Source of the DNA: an uncultured archaeon
GTDB taxonomy: Archaea; Nanobdellota; Nanobdellia; Pacearchaeales; GW2011-AR1
Assembly (NCBI GenBank): GCA_902385635.1
Contig: CABMGN010000008.1
Location: forward strand, 197,147-261,146
Direction: 5' to 3'
Length of the DNA: 64,000 nucleotides
In this document: piece by piece, positions 1 to 9,318 of the stretch
How positions within the stretch are numbered: the first letter of the stretch is position 1
Layout: every line of letters begins with the position of its first letter
Made by a program: the position numbers and the translations under genes
The notes under the pieces: generated by a model
What the model saw: only the letters and a program-made list of their open reading frames with translations
Database searches by the model: none
Told to the model about the DNA's origin: nothing

Positions 1-210
1 AAACTGCATAACTCCGAATTTATAGAGATTGCGCCAGATACTCATGTTGTTCAGTGTTCCCTTAAACTGGGCGTTATCAAAGATCCAAATCTTTCAAGGG
101 AAGAAATAAATAACCAATGGAGGCAAGTTTTAACCGGCTCAGGCATTACCCCTATACAGATGCATTCTCCCCTCTGGTTCTGGAGTAGAAACGGCTTTAA
201 GTTTGAAATA
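1..210 (+). CDS. C-terminal fragment of a HhH-GPD family DNA glycosylase (endonuclease III-like); 5' end lies outside the window
   Basis: Frame 1 is open from nt 1 to a TGA at 208-210. Translation ...EFIEIAPDTHVVQCSLKLGVIKD... resembles the EndoIII 'vDTHvxRvxxRLGl' helix-hairpin-helix/GPD motif. Confidence 0.35.
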
Positions 211-212
211 AA

Positions 213-701
213 ATGAAAAAAGAAGAAATATTCTTTAGAAATGCGAGAATCTCGGATGCTCTAGCTATTTCTAAGTTAATAAAAAGAAATTTGGTGGGAG
301 CTAAGATTAATAAATACACCCTCGAACAGGTAAGAGGAATTGCCCAAAAGAATACAGTAAAAGAAATTCGAGAGAGGATAAAAAAGTTTAAGGTGTTTTG
401 CGCTCTTGAAAAAGGCAAGTTAATTGGAACAGTGTACTTCGGAGAGGTTTATCCTAAAGAGAATAATATTGGGGGGTTATATATCGACCCGGCCTTCTTA
501 TATCTAGGAGTTGGAAAAAAGCTCCTTCATCTTGTGGAGAAGTACGCCCGAAAGAAGAAAGTAAGAAGAATAGACCTCTATGCTTTAAACTACTCTAAAG
601 ATTTCTATTTAAGAAACGGATACAAAATAAATAAGGTTTACATGTGGAAGGTTGGAAAAGCAAAAACAAGAACTTACGGGATGGAGAAGAATTTAAAATG
701 A
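213..701 (+). CDS. GNAT family N-acetyltransferase
   Basis: 162 aa; acetyl-CoA binding-type motif ...LYLGVGKKLL...; size typical of GNAT. Confidence 0.65.
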   Translation: MKKEEIFFRNARISDALAISKLIKRNLVGAKINKYTLEQVRGIAQKNTVKEIRERIKKFKVFCALEKGKLIGTVYFGEVYPKENNIGGLYIDPAFLYLGVGKKLLHLVEKYARKKKVRRIDLYALNYSKDFYLRNGYKINKVYMWKVGKAKTRTYGMEKNLK

Positions 702-1012
702 CTTCTAAAAAAATAAAAATAAAGAGAGATAAGTATTTTAGGGCCAGGGATAGCTGTACTAGGATTCTTAAAATTCGATGTGCAAAGTGTAATAAAATAT
801 TATTCTTATATCAAAAAGATGGCCGTCCCGGGGGTTGGCTTAAAAGGTGTTACCTTAACAGAATTATTTCTCAAAAAGAGATTAACCCTTCTGCTAATTT
901 GAAATGTTGTAAGGTCATTGGGATTCCATACAAGTATAAAGACGGAAGAATCGCCCTTAAATTAGTCCGAGGAAATTTTAAAAGAAGTTACGGAGACCCC
1001 GTTTTAAAATGA
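698..1012 (+). CDS. small Cys-rich (putative zinc-ribbon) protein, translationally coupled to the recombinase
   Basis: Start re-chosen at Met 'MTSKKIKIKRD' (ATGA overlap with the upstream GNAT stop). Motifs CAKCNK...CCK. Stop overlaps the recombinase start (ATGA at 1009). Confidence 0.35.
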   Translation: MTSKKIKIKRDKYFRARDSCTRILKIRCAKCNKILFLYQKDGRPGGWLKRCYLNRIISQKEINPSANLKCCKVIGIPYKYKDGRIALKLVRGNFKRSYGDPVLK

Positions 1013-1782
1013 CCCCCAAACAAACACCCATTCAGACAGAAAAGCTCTTAGCAGCAATCTACGTTAGGGTATCAACCCAAGACCAAGCACAACACGGATT
1101 TTCTTTGGATGCTCAGCAGGACTCTTTAATCAACTATGCAAAAGCTCTTGGTTACGAAATCTTTAAGATTTACAGAGATGAAGGAAAGTCTGCTAAGGAC
1201 CTTACCCATAGGCCAGAGATGCTTCAGATGCTCAAGGATGCTGAAGAGAAGAAATTTGCAGCTATCTTTGTATACAAGTTAGATAGATTTTCAAGATCGA
1301 TCAAAGACTTAATCCTCACCATTGACCAGCTAAAAAAGTGGGGAATTGACTTCATTTCTTTACAAGACAAGATAGAAACAGCTTCTGCTTCTGGAAAGCT
1401 AATGTTTCACATAATTTCTGCTTTTGCTGAATTTGAAAGGAATATTATTGGAGATAGAACAACCTTTGGTATGAATAGAAAAGCTACTGAAGGAGGATTC
1501 ATAACTCGCGCCCCAAAAGGTTACAAACTTGTAAATAAAGAGCTAATGGTTGATGAACAACAAGCAGAAGAAATAAGACAAATCTTCAAGGAAGTTATTG
1601 AAACAGATTTTTCTTTAAGTAAAATCGCAAGAAAGCACGACTTAACAACCCCTGGCTTAATTAAATTGTTGAAGAATACAACCTACTTGGGAAAAGTAAA
1701 ATTCGCTGATCAAGAATCAGAGGGTAAACACCCCGCAATTATAGACAAACAACTGTTTGAACAAGTTCAGAATAAACTTTAA
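1009..1782 (+). CDS. serine recombinase (resolvase/invertase catalytic domain plus partial recombinase domain)
   Basis: N-terminus AIYVRVSTQDQ with catalytic Ser; resolvase fold motifs LDRFSR and FAEFER; 257 aa. Confidence 0.8.
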   Translation: MTPKQTPIQTEKLLAAIYVRVSTQDQAQHGFSLDAQQDSLINYAKALGYEIFKIYRDEGKSAKDLTHRPEMLQMLKDAEEKKFAAIFVYKLDRFSRSIKDLILTIDQLKKWGIDFISLQDKIETASASGKLMFHIISAFAEFERNIIGDRTTFGMNRKATEGGFITRAPKGYKLVNKELMVDEQQAEEIRQIFKEVIETDFSLSKIARKHDLTTPGLIKLLKNTTYLGKVKFADQESEGKHPAIIDKQLFEQVQNKL

Positions 1783-1823
1783 ACCCCAATAATCTATTTA
1801 AAATTCCTTTCTTTCTTTGATTC

Positions 1824-2495
1824 ATGAAAATAAAATCTCTCCCAACAAATGAAAGGCCAAGAGAAAAGTTAATTAAATACGGGCCCGGGAAACTAACAGA
1901 ATCCGAATTGCTGGCTATAATTCTTAGGATCGGAAGCAAAAAAGAAAGTGTTATTGAATTAGCTAACAAATTATTTACTAAGTACAACGTCAAGACTCTT
2001 TCTAGACTAAACCTTTCTACTCTAAAAAAAGAATTTGGGATTGGAGAAGTAAAAGCCTGCGAAATCTTAGCTTGTTTTGAGCTGGGACGACGTCTTTCAG
2101 CATTTAAGGAAGATAAAAAACCGATAATATCAAATGCAAAAGACCTTGTGAAAATAATTCTTCCTGAAATGAGCTCTCTTGAAAAGGAACATTTCAAAGG
2201 AATATATTTAGATTCGCGAATGAGGATTGTCAAACAAGAAAATATCTTTATTGGCTCCCTAAACGAGTCTGTTGTTCATCCGAGAGATATTTTTAAGATT
2301 GCTTTAGAAGAAAACGCTGCTGCTTTAATACTAGTACATAATCATCCTTCTGGAGACCCTTCCCCGAGTAATTTCGATACAAAGGTGACTAAAGAAATTG
2401 CTAAATCTGGAAGAATGTTAGGAATTCCGGTCTTAGATCATGTAATAATTGGTGGGAAAACTTACTTTAGTTTCAAAGAAAAAGGCCTAATCTAA
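1824..2495 (+). CDS. radC: RadC-like JAB/MPN domain protein
   Basis: N-terminal HhH-like segment; C-terminal JAMM motif HNHPSGDPSPS. Confidence 0.85.
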   Translation: MKIKSLPTNERPREKLIKYGPGKLTESELLAIILRIGSKKESVIELANKLFTKYNVKTLSRLNLSTLKKEFGIGEVKACEILACFELGRRLSAFKEDKKPIISNAKDLVKIILPEMSSLEKEHFKGIYLDSRMRIVKQENIFIGSLNESVVHPRDIFKIALEENAAALILVHNHPSGDPSPSNFDTKVTKEIAKSGRMLGIPVLDHVIIGGKTYFSFKEKGLI

Positions 2496-2496
2496 C

Positions 2497-2745
2497 TTAT
2501 TTTTCCAACATTTCTTTAATTTTCATTCCCTTTGGGGTTAATTTGTAAAGTCTTCCTGTTTTATCTTTCGGATTGAGTAACTTAACAATTTTCTTTTTTC
2601 TAAAATCTCTTAGAACATCACTTACATTATTCAGGCTAAGCTTGGTTTCTTCTTTAATTTCAGTAGGAATCTTTGCTTTGTTCATGGTTTTGAGAACCTT
2701 TCTCCTTTGTTTACCCCTAATCACCCAAGAATAGTCTTCTTCCAT
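2497..2745 (-). CDS. small winged-helix transcriptional regulator
   Basis: 82 aa, basic; helix-turn-helix-like segment LSLNNVSDVLRDFRKKKIV followed by a wing (TGRLYKLT). Confidence 0.45.
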   Translation of the reverse strand: MEEDYSWVIRGKQRRKVLKTMNKAKIPTEIKEETKLSLNNVSDVLRDFRKKKIVKLLNPKDKTGRLYKLTPKGMKIKEMLEK

Positions 2746-2809
2746 AGACCGAAGTGTAGATTTGGTATAAAAAGACTTACCCTGGATCTACACCGAAATA
2801 TTTAAAAGA

Positions 2810-3037
2810 ATGATATCTCTTCCTTTAATAATGGTTGAAAAGAAAGTTAACTGGACACTTTGTATGTTAATGTCTTTATTTTTTGGAGCGTTTGGTGTTG
2901 ATAGATTTTTAATGGGAAAGGTTGGAACTGGTCTATTAAAATTATTTACTTTTGGGGGATTATTTATTTGGTGGTTCATTGATTTCCTTCTCATTGTAAC
3001 GAAGCACAAATTTGAGGGAGTAGTATGGCAAGGGTGA
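2810..3037 (+). CDS. TM2 domain-containing membrane protein
   Basis: Two TM helices; FFGAFGVDRFLMGK...GGLFIWWFIDFLLI matches the TM2 domain pattern. Confidence 0.5.
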   Translation: MISLPLIMVEKKVNWTLCMLMSLFFGAFGVDRFLMGKVGTGLLKLFTFGGLFIWWFIDFLLIVTKHKFEGVVWQG

Positions 3038-3636
3038 TCGATTTTAAAGCTAAGAAAAAATCTTGGATTAGAAGACATCCAATTTGGTCTTTAGTGATTC
3101 TTTTAGTAGCTTTGAATTTATTATTTCTGGGGGCTATTTTACCTGAAGATGAAAAAGAGAACAAACCTTCTGATTTAAAGACTACTTCCCAGAATATACC
3201 TAATCAAGTTCAAGAAACAAATAGTCTTTTCTCTTGTATTAAATCAATTGCAGAAGCTGAATGCCAAAAAGAGGGTCTGATATATACAGACTACAGTTCT
3301 TCTGTGGGGTTTATTACTTGTACTGATGATGGAGTTTATAGCATGAATGATATAGGAGATAATACAAGATACTTACAAGTATACGCTCCCCTTAGAATTT
3401 TCAAAATAAAATGTGGGATGTATAATACTTCAACAAATACGCAGCTTAAATGTCAAGAAGATTTTTTTGAATCTAAATGTCAAGGAGAAGACTTAATTTA
3501 TACTGACTGGAGCCCGTCCGTAGGTTTTATTACTTGTACGGACGACGGAATTTATACCTTTAAGGAAATTGGAGACGAATCAAAATACAAACAGATCTAT
3601 GTAACCTCGGAATTTGTTGATTCTAGATGCCCCTAA
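3025..3636 (+). CDS. membrane-anchored secreted protein with tandem duplicated Cys-containing domain
   Basis: N-terminal TM anchor. Two ~45-aa repeats: ECQKEGLIYTDYSSSVGFITCTDDGVYSMNDIGDNTRYLQVY and KCQGEDLIYTDWSPSVGFITCTDDGIYTFKEIGDESKYKQIYV. Confidence 0.45.
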   Translation: MARVIDFKAKKKSWIRRHPIWSLVILLVALNLLFLGAILPEDEKENKPSDLKTTSQNIPNQVQETNSLFSCIKSIAEAECQKEGLIYTDYSSSVGFITCTDDGVYSMNDIGDNTRYLQVYAPLRIFKIKCGMYNTSTNTQLKCQEDFFESKCQGEDLIYTDWSPSVGFITCTDDGIYTFKEIGDESKYKQIYVTSEFVDSRCP

Positions 3637-3683
3637 AAAACAGATTCTTCTAGCACCTATTTTGTAAGAGATATGAAATTTAA

Positions 3684-3872
3684 CTAAATAAATTCTTTCA
3701 CAAGATAATTAGTAACCCCCAAAATAACTAACCCAATAAGTATACTAAAAAGATAACTAACAACAGGTTCGTTTGGAAAGAGGTATAAGTCCATTAATCC
3801 CCACAAGCCCCTCCAAAAAGCGATTACTGCTGTGACAATGACCATTGCAGTTAAAGGCCTAAGATCTGCCAT
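3684..3872 (-). CDS. small membrane protein (2 TM)
   Basis: 62 aa, hydrophobic; stop abuts the corA start. Confidence 0.3.
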   Translation of the reverse strand: MADLRPLTAMVIVTAVIAFWRGLWGLMDLYLFPNEPVVSYLFSILIGLVILGVTNYLVKEFI

Positions 3873-3873
3873 G

Positions 3874-4782
3874 TTAAGTTAGATCCCTCTTTTCAATCCA
3901 TCCTTTTTTCTTGAAGAAAATATAAAGCCCAACTATAGTTAAGACCATAAGGCCGAGAGCCCAGAAATATCCATAATTCCAGTATAACTCCGGCATATTT
4001 GTTGGAGATTGTCTAAAGTTCATACCATATATGCCTGCAATAAGGGCTGGGGCCATGAAGAAGGACATAATTATAGTCAATGTTTTCATAATGCTATTAA
4101 GGTTGTTAGAAATAGATGAGATGTACATATCTAAGTTATTAGTCAAAATATCTCTGTATATCTCTTCTAAATCTATTAGTTGAACTGTTTCAGAATAAAC
4201 TTCTTGGAAATTTTCTATTTCTTGCTTTGTAAGTCCAAGCGACGAGTCTCTGGTTATAGAGAGGAGAACTTCTCTATCCGCACTAAATGCTTTGTGAAAG
4301 AATATTAACTGTTTTTTTAACTCAAATATTTTTTGAACAGATTTTTTGGTAGGTTTTAAGACTATTTCTCCTTCAATGCTTTCGATTTCTTCATCAATTA
4401 ATTCCATTCTCTCGAAATATTCTGCTAAAACTTTTTCAAGTATAATTGCTAAAACTTCACTATTTTTTCCTTTTTTGGACCATGTTTGTAAGGTTTTAAG
4501 TGATACAACTTCATGTTTTCTTATGACAATCACCACCTTTTTTGAATAAATGATGTAGATGGTTGTTGTTTTCTCTTGTTTTTCTTTTCTATACGGTGCA
4601 GAAAAAGAGATAATCGAAAAATCCCCTTTCCTTGTTACTTTAGGCCTAGAGCTAAAATCAAGTTTTCCCCTAAGACTTTCAACATCAATTCTTAATTGCT
4701 TAGAAATCTTTTCTAAATCTTCTTTCTGCGGTTGAACACAATCAAGGAGGATACCTTCTTTTAGTTTATATTCTGAAATCAT
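3874..4782 (-). CDS. corA: CorA family Mg2+/Co2+ transporter
   Basis: C-terminal two TM helices with the signature YGMNF (GMN motif); cytoplasmic N-terminal domain. Confidence 0.8.
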   Translation of the reverse strand: MISEYKLKEGILLDCVQPQKEDLEKISKQLRIDVESLRGKLDFSSRPKVTRKGDFSIISFSAPYRKEKQEKTTTIYIIYSKKVVIVIRKHEVVSLKTLQTWSKKGKNSEVLAIILEKVLAEYFERMELIDEEIESIEGEIVLKPTKKSVQKIFELKKQLIFFHKAFSADREVLLSITRDSSLGLTKQEIENFQEVYSETVQLIDLEEIYRDILTNNLDMYISSISNNLNSIMKTLTIIMSFFMAPALIAGIYGMNFRQSPTNMPELYWNYGYFWALGLMVLTIVGLYIFFKKKGWIEKRDLT

Positions 4783-4864
4783 CTCTCTTCCCTACTCAAT
4801 AGGGACTTTCTTTTATAAATTTATTGAATAATAAAAATGAAAAAATAAAAATTCTAGTCTAGAT

Positions 4865-5092
4865 TTAGAATCTAGGCTTTACTTTTGCATAACACTCTTT
4901 ACAAAAAACATCTTTTCCAGGTGTTGGTTTGAAAGGTACTTCACAATCTTTACCACACTTAGAACATTTTGCTTTATGCATTTCTCTAGGTTCAGAACTG
5001 AATACTCCGCCTCGACTTCCGCCTCTGCTGTTGAATCCGCCTCCACCGCCACGTCCGCCAAAATTTCCCATATTTTCCTCCGATATATCCAT
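4865..5092 (-). CDS. Gly/Arg-rich small protein with C-terminal CxxC...CxxC zinc ribbon
   Basis: GGRGGGGGFNSRGGSRGG low-complexity region followed by CSKCGKDCEVPFKPTPGKDVFCKECY. Confidence 0.45.
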   Translation of the reverse strand: MDISEENMGNFGGRGGGGGFNSRGGSRGGVFSSEPREMHKAKCSKCGKDCEVPFKPTPGKDVFCKECYAKVKPRF

Positions 5093-5271
5093 TTAATTGC
5101 TTACTACAAGAAGTAGATTTTGGATCGTAATCCTTATATTAAGTAAAAATCAGAATAAAAAGTAGGTTATAAACTTTCTTATTGGTTATTTATATTTAAA
5201 AAGTAAATCATATCATTTTTATTATATTTTCATAAACAGATAGCTTTTAAAGCTAGTTTTTCTTTATCCTT

Positions 5272-6732
5272 TTGGTGAAGAGAATGGACTTAAATCAGAG
5301 CTTAGCCAATGTAAAAACTGAGGCCCTTGTAACTATTCTGAATCAGTTGGTAACTACTAGGCTGATCCAAAAACCGCTTTTAAGTAAGGTAAAAAAGGAA
5401 TTATATCAGAAAATAGTTGAAGAAGGCCCAGGTTTAAGAGCAGTTAAAGAAAAAAAATACTATTTTTTAGATGCTATGCTTACTGGGGCAATAAAAAATG
5501 TAGCAAAAGGGTATATTTCTACAGATGTTACTCGTAAAATAATCAAAGACCTTGTTGCAGGAGCCCTATTGGGGGGAAATAATTCAGAAGATATAAAACA
5601 GGCATTCAAAAAGAAGTATGGAGAAATGCCGCCTCACTTTTTAGTGATTTCTCCAACAATTAACTGTAACAAGCGGTGTGAGGGGTGTTATGCTGCTGTT
5701 GGTAAGGAGCAAGTTGTTAGTTTGCCTTATAGCGTTCTAGACAAAATGCTTGAAGAGGCCCATGATAAGTTCGGGTGTAGATTCATCACAGTAAGTGGTG
5801 GAGAACCCTTTATGTACAGGGATGGAAACAAAACTCTTTTTGATCTTTGGGAGAAGTATAATGATATTTATTTCTTAGTTTACACAAATGGTTCGTTAAT
5901 AACCCCCGAAGCAGCAAGAAAACTAGCTGAGTTAGGGAATGTAACCCCGGGTATTTCAGTTGAGGGTTTCAAAAAAGAGACAGATAAACGGAGAGGAGAA
6001 GGAACCTTTGAAGAAATTTTAACTGCATTTAAAAATTTAAGAGAAGCGGGTGTTCCTTTTGGGATTTCAGCAACCGCGACTAGACAAAACGCGGAAGTTC
6101 TGATGAAAGAAAAATTCTTTAAGTTTTATTTTGATGAGCAAGGAGCATCTTATATGTGGCAATTCCAACTTATGCCAATCGGAAAGGGGCGGGATGTTAT
6201 GGGTTCTATGTTGACTCCAGAGCAAAGAGTAAAATTATACAAGGTTTGGGCTCACCAAATAAAAGATAAGAAAAGATGTGTTGCAGACTTCTGGAATGCG
6301 GGTGTTTTATCAAACGGGTGTGTTGCCTACGGGGGGAATTCAGGTTATCTTTACATTGATTGGAATGGAAATATCATGCCTTGCGTTTTTGTTCCTTACT
6401 ACGTTGATAATATAAAAGATTTACAAGCTCAAGGTAAGGGTTTAACTGACGCTATGTTTTCGAAGTTTTTCAAGAGGGGAAGAGCGTGGCAGAAGGAGTA
6501 TGGTGTAGACAACGTAGACAAGCCCCATAATTGGTTAATGCCTTGTTCTATTAGAGACCATTTTGAAAATTTTAAGAAAAACATCTATTGTGAAGGAGTC
6601 AAGCCAGAAAATACCGACGCGGCTCTAGCTATTAAGTCTAAAGAGTACGAAGAAGAAATGAAAAAATTTGATACTACTCTTGCTAAGCTCACAGACCCTA
6701 TATGGGAAAAAGACTATCTGAAGAAGAAATAA
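5272..6732 (+). CDS. radical SAM enzyme with Cys-containing C-terminal (SPASM/twitch-like) domain and ~130-aa N-terminal extension
   Basis: CNKRCEGC = CxxxCxxC; GGEPF SAM-binding motif; additional Cys (CVADF, NGCVAY, MPCVFV, MPCSIRD, YCEG) in the C-terminal third. Confidence 0.8.
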   Translation: MVKRMDLNQSLANVKTEALVTILNQLVTTRLIQKPLLSKVKKELYQKIVEEGPGLRAVKEKKYYFLDAMLTGAIKNVAKGYISTDVTRKIIKDLVAGALLGGNNSEDIKQAFKKKYGEMPPHFLVISPTINCNKRCEGCYAAVGKEQVVSLPYSVLDKMLEEAHDKFGCRFITVSGGEPFMYRDGNKTLFDLWEKYNDIYFLVYTNGSLITPEAARKLAELGNVTPGISVEGFKKETDKRRGEGTFEEILTAFKNLREAGVPFGISATATRQNAEVLMKEKFFKFYFDEQGASYMWQFQLMPIGKGRDVMGSMLTPEQRVKLYKVWAHQIKDKKRCVADFWNAGVLSNGCVAYGGNSGYLYIDWNGNIMPCVFVPYYVDNIKDLQAQGKGLTDAMFSKFFKRGRAWQKEYGVDNVDKPHNWLMPCSIRDHFENFKKNIYCEGVKPENTDAALAIKSKEYEEEMKKFDTTLAKLTDPIWEKDYLKKK

Positions 6733-6767
6733 CTACATTTTATAAATAAATTATCTTTCTCTGTCTA

Positions 6768-7847
6768 ATGAAAAAATTAGATTATATTCAGATAATAATT
6801 TTATTATTTGTTTACTTTTTTATGAATCTTTACGTATTTTTTACATTCGCTTCTTTATTTAATCTTGAAAAGAACTTGATTTTCTATACTTTTTTCTCCA
6901 TTTCTTTCCTCTCTATTATCGCTCTAACTTTTCTTGAGAGGTCTTTTCCGAATCCGATTACGCGGTTTTTTTATATAATAGCTGTTGCCTGGTCAGGATT
7001 CTTACTTTTCTTTATTTGCCTTATAATCCCGTATAATATCTTAGAAATCTTCTTTACAATACCAAAGTTTATTGCTGGAATAGTTATTTTTACTCTTGGT
7101 GCAGCTTCTTCTGTTTACTCTTTAGTAAACTCACTTATTATACACACGAATAAGATACAAATCCCAATAAAAAACTTAAAGAAAAAAACCAAGATAATAC
7201 ATCTTTCAGATTTACATCTTGGTACAGTCAATAATTTAAGTTATCTCAAAAGTGTGGTTAACAAAGCAATTTTACTTAAACCAGACCTCGTTGTTATAAC
7301 TGGTGATTTGATTGACGGGACCGCCCCAATAAAACCTTCCAAACTTGAAGTTTTAAACAAAATAAAAGTTCCTATCCTTTTAATACTCGGAAATCACGAA
7401 ATATATGACCTTAAGGATGTTTACGAATCTCTTTCTAAAACAAAAGTAAAAATTTTAAGAGACGAAACTGTTAATTTTCGAGATTTTCAGATAATTGGTT
7501 TAGACTATGGTAAAGAAAGGGCGAAAGTAATTAAAAATGTTCTACGTAAAATGCCTTTGAGTAAAACAAAACCTAAAATACTCTTATATCACACACCCCT
7601 TTCCCCAAAATCCCTGTCTGAATTTGATATAGACTTACTTTTATCTGGCCATCTTCACGGGGGGCAAATATTCCCAATCCATTTTGTTGCAAAAGCAAGT
7701 TACCCCCACTATCGTGGACTTCAAAAGAAGGGTAAGTTTCATTCTTATGTTTCTCAGGGAACCGGTACTTGGGGCCCCCCAATGAGATTTTTTTCAAAGA
7801 ATGAAATAACTGAAATAGAGATTGTTCCCGAGGTTTCTCTTAATTAA
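6768..7847 (+). CDS. membrane-anchored calcineurin-like metallophosphoesterase
   Basis: N-terminal ~4 TM helices; motifs HLSDLHLG, GDLIDG, GNHE and GHLHGG. Confidence 0.75.
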   Translation: MKKLDYIQIIILLFVYFFMNLYVFFTFASLFNLEKNLIFYTFFSISFLSIIALTFLERSFPNPITRFFYIIAVAWSGFLLFFICLIIPYNILEIFFTIPKFIAGIVIFTLGAASSVYSLVNSLIIHTNKIQIPIKNLKKKTKIIHLSDLHLGTVNNLSYLKSVVNKAILLKPDLVVITGDLIDGTAPIKPSKLEVLNKIKVPILLILGNHEIYDLKDVYESLSKTKVKILRDETVNFRDFQIIGLDYGKERAKVIKNVLRKMPLSKTKPKILLYHTPLSPKSLSEFDIDLLLSGHLHGGQIFPIHFVAKASYPHYRGLQKKGKFHSYVSQGTGTWGPPMRFFSKNEITEIEIVPEVSLN

Positions 7848-8137
7848 TTGCTACAGTTTTCTTCCCAGCTTCTTAGACACTTTTGCTTAACTTCACACCA
7901 AGAGTAGCCTGCAGATCCAATACACCCGTGCTCATCCTTATCTCCCCCGACAACTTGGCTTTCACAGGGTGTTGTTGGCATTCCAGAAGAAGGATTCCCG
8001 TGTTTTATCCAAGTTCCATCTTCGCAAATCCAGTTATCTTCTGGGCCGAAGAATTTTATTACAAAGAGAGTTGCAAATAAGATCAACAATGCAACTAAGA
8101 TAATTGTGGCTACTATTTTAGATTTTTTTTCATTCAT
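7844..8137 (-). CDS. small Cys-rich secreted/anchored protein
   Basis: N-terminal TM/signal; 8 Cys in ~60 aa (CEDGTW...PCESQVVGG...GCIGSAGYSWCEVKQKCLRSWEENC). Confidence 0.4.
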   Translation of the reverse strand: MNEKKSKIVATIILVALLILFATLFVIKFFGPEDNWICEDGTWIKHGNPSSGMPTTPCESQVVGGDKDEHGCIGSAGYSWCEVKQKCLRSWEENCSN

Positions 8138-8138
8138 T

Positions 8139-8672
8139 TTATCCCATTAAAGAAAAATTAAGATATGCTTGCCAATTTAACCATCCCGCAAAAACAACCC
8201 AGAAAAGGTAAGGGAGCAATAGGTAAGAAGATCTTCTTTCAATTTTCCAAAACCAGAGTACAAGGGCAAAAATAGAGAACCATAAAAATAGCAATTCTAC
8301 AAACGCCCCAAACGCATTCATTTGATAGAAAAAGATAAAACTCCATAAAACATTAAGGATTAAATTTACAGCAAATAGTCCTATCATAGTGTATTTTTTA
8401 TTTTTATTATCTCTAACTTTCATCCATCCAAAATAAGCAGAATATGCTACTAAAACAAAAATAGTATTCCAAACAACCGGAAAGACCCAGTTTGCTGGAG
8501 ACATATTTGGTTTAATCAAGTAATACCATTGAGACTCCATTCCCGAACTTGTAAAGAAACTTCCTATTCCTCCTGCAAGAAATACAAAAATAAGACACCA
8601 AATCAAAACCTTCCAATTGACTTTCTTCTTTGATTTAGAGCTCACTTTAACACCCCTTTTCCTCTTAGCCAT
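8139..8672 (-). CDS. tspO: TspO/MBR family tryptophan-rich sensory protein
   Basis: 5 TM helices, Trp-rich; motifs PANWVFPVVW and LNVLWSFIFF...LLLPYLFWVVFAGWLN. Confidence 0.75.
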   Translation of the reverse strand: MAKRKRGVKVSSKSKKKVNWKVLIWCLIFVFLAGGIGSFFTSSGMESQWYYLIKPNMSPANWVFPVVWNTIFVLVAYSAYFGWMKVRDNKNKKYTMIGLFAVNLILNVLWSFIFFYQMNAFGAFVELLFLWFSIFALVLWFWKIERRSSYLLLPYLFWVVFAGWLNWQAYLNFSLMG

Positions 8673-8717
8673 AAAATAATATATGTTTCCTGAGTTTAAA
8701 AATTATATCCTTTCTTA

Positions 8718-9146
8718 CTAAATCAACTGTTTTATTCTGTTTATTATCTGTTCTTTTACCTCGGGGTCTAGGCTCTCGTCCAGTTCGGGATAGAAATATT
8801 TATCTTCAAATGCAGCATGTTTTAGAATAAGAGTTCTCAAAGAGGAGATATCTACATTTACCCCAGTATTAATTCCCTCTTCTATGTTTTTAACAAGCTC
8901 AGTAATCTCTCCATGCTCCTTCATTAATTCGAAAACATTTACTACTTCTTCGCCAACTAGCTTGTCTCCCATAATAAAGATGGCTTTTTCTTCTAAGAAG
9001 AAATGTTTTTGTAACGCCCAAACAAACTCACTAAATCTTATTTTAGCCTCATCAAAATCTTTAGGTAGTTCTTTTCCAAAATCACTAAGCAAATTGTCAA
9101 TTTTTCTATGCTCCTTAAGCATTAGGGTAGATATCTTTTCGGCCAT
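8718..9146 (-). CDS. hemerythrin-like (HHE cation-binding) domain protein
   Basis: Spaced His/Glu pattern: LKEHRKID, LQKHFFLEEK, MKEHGEI, LKHAAFEDKYFYPEL. Confidence 0.5.
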   Translation of the reverse strand: MAEKISTLMLKEHRKIDNLLSDFGKELPKDFDEAKIRFSEFVWALQKHFFLEEKAIFIMGDKLVGEEVVNVFELMKEHGEITELVKNIEEGINTGVNVDISSLRTLILKHAAFEDKYFYPELDESLDPEVKEQIINRIKQLI

Positions 9147-9318
9147 TAACTTTTTAATCTTCTACCCTTTTTATGTATTATGAGAAACTGGAGAGTTGTA
9201 ATTTTTTCAATTATTGCTATTATTTGTATGATTTTAGTCTTTACTATAGACTGGCTTTTTATTATTCCAGCAGTTATACTAGTTATCTTAAGCCAGCGGG
9301 AATTAACAAAAAGAAAAA

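Noticed and set aside
1739-2233. 164-aa minus-strand ORF covering the recombinase 3' end and the radC 5' half
   Set aside because: It is antisense to two well-supported genes and has no motif.
4879-5061. 60-aa ORF in an alternative frame to the Gly-rich zinc-ribbon gene
   Set aside because: It overlaps the same strand. The 75-aa frame has the coherent CxxC...CxxC ribbon, so the shorter frame was discarded.
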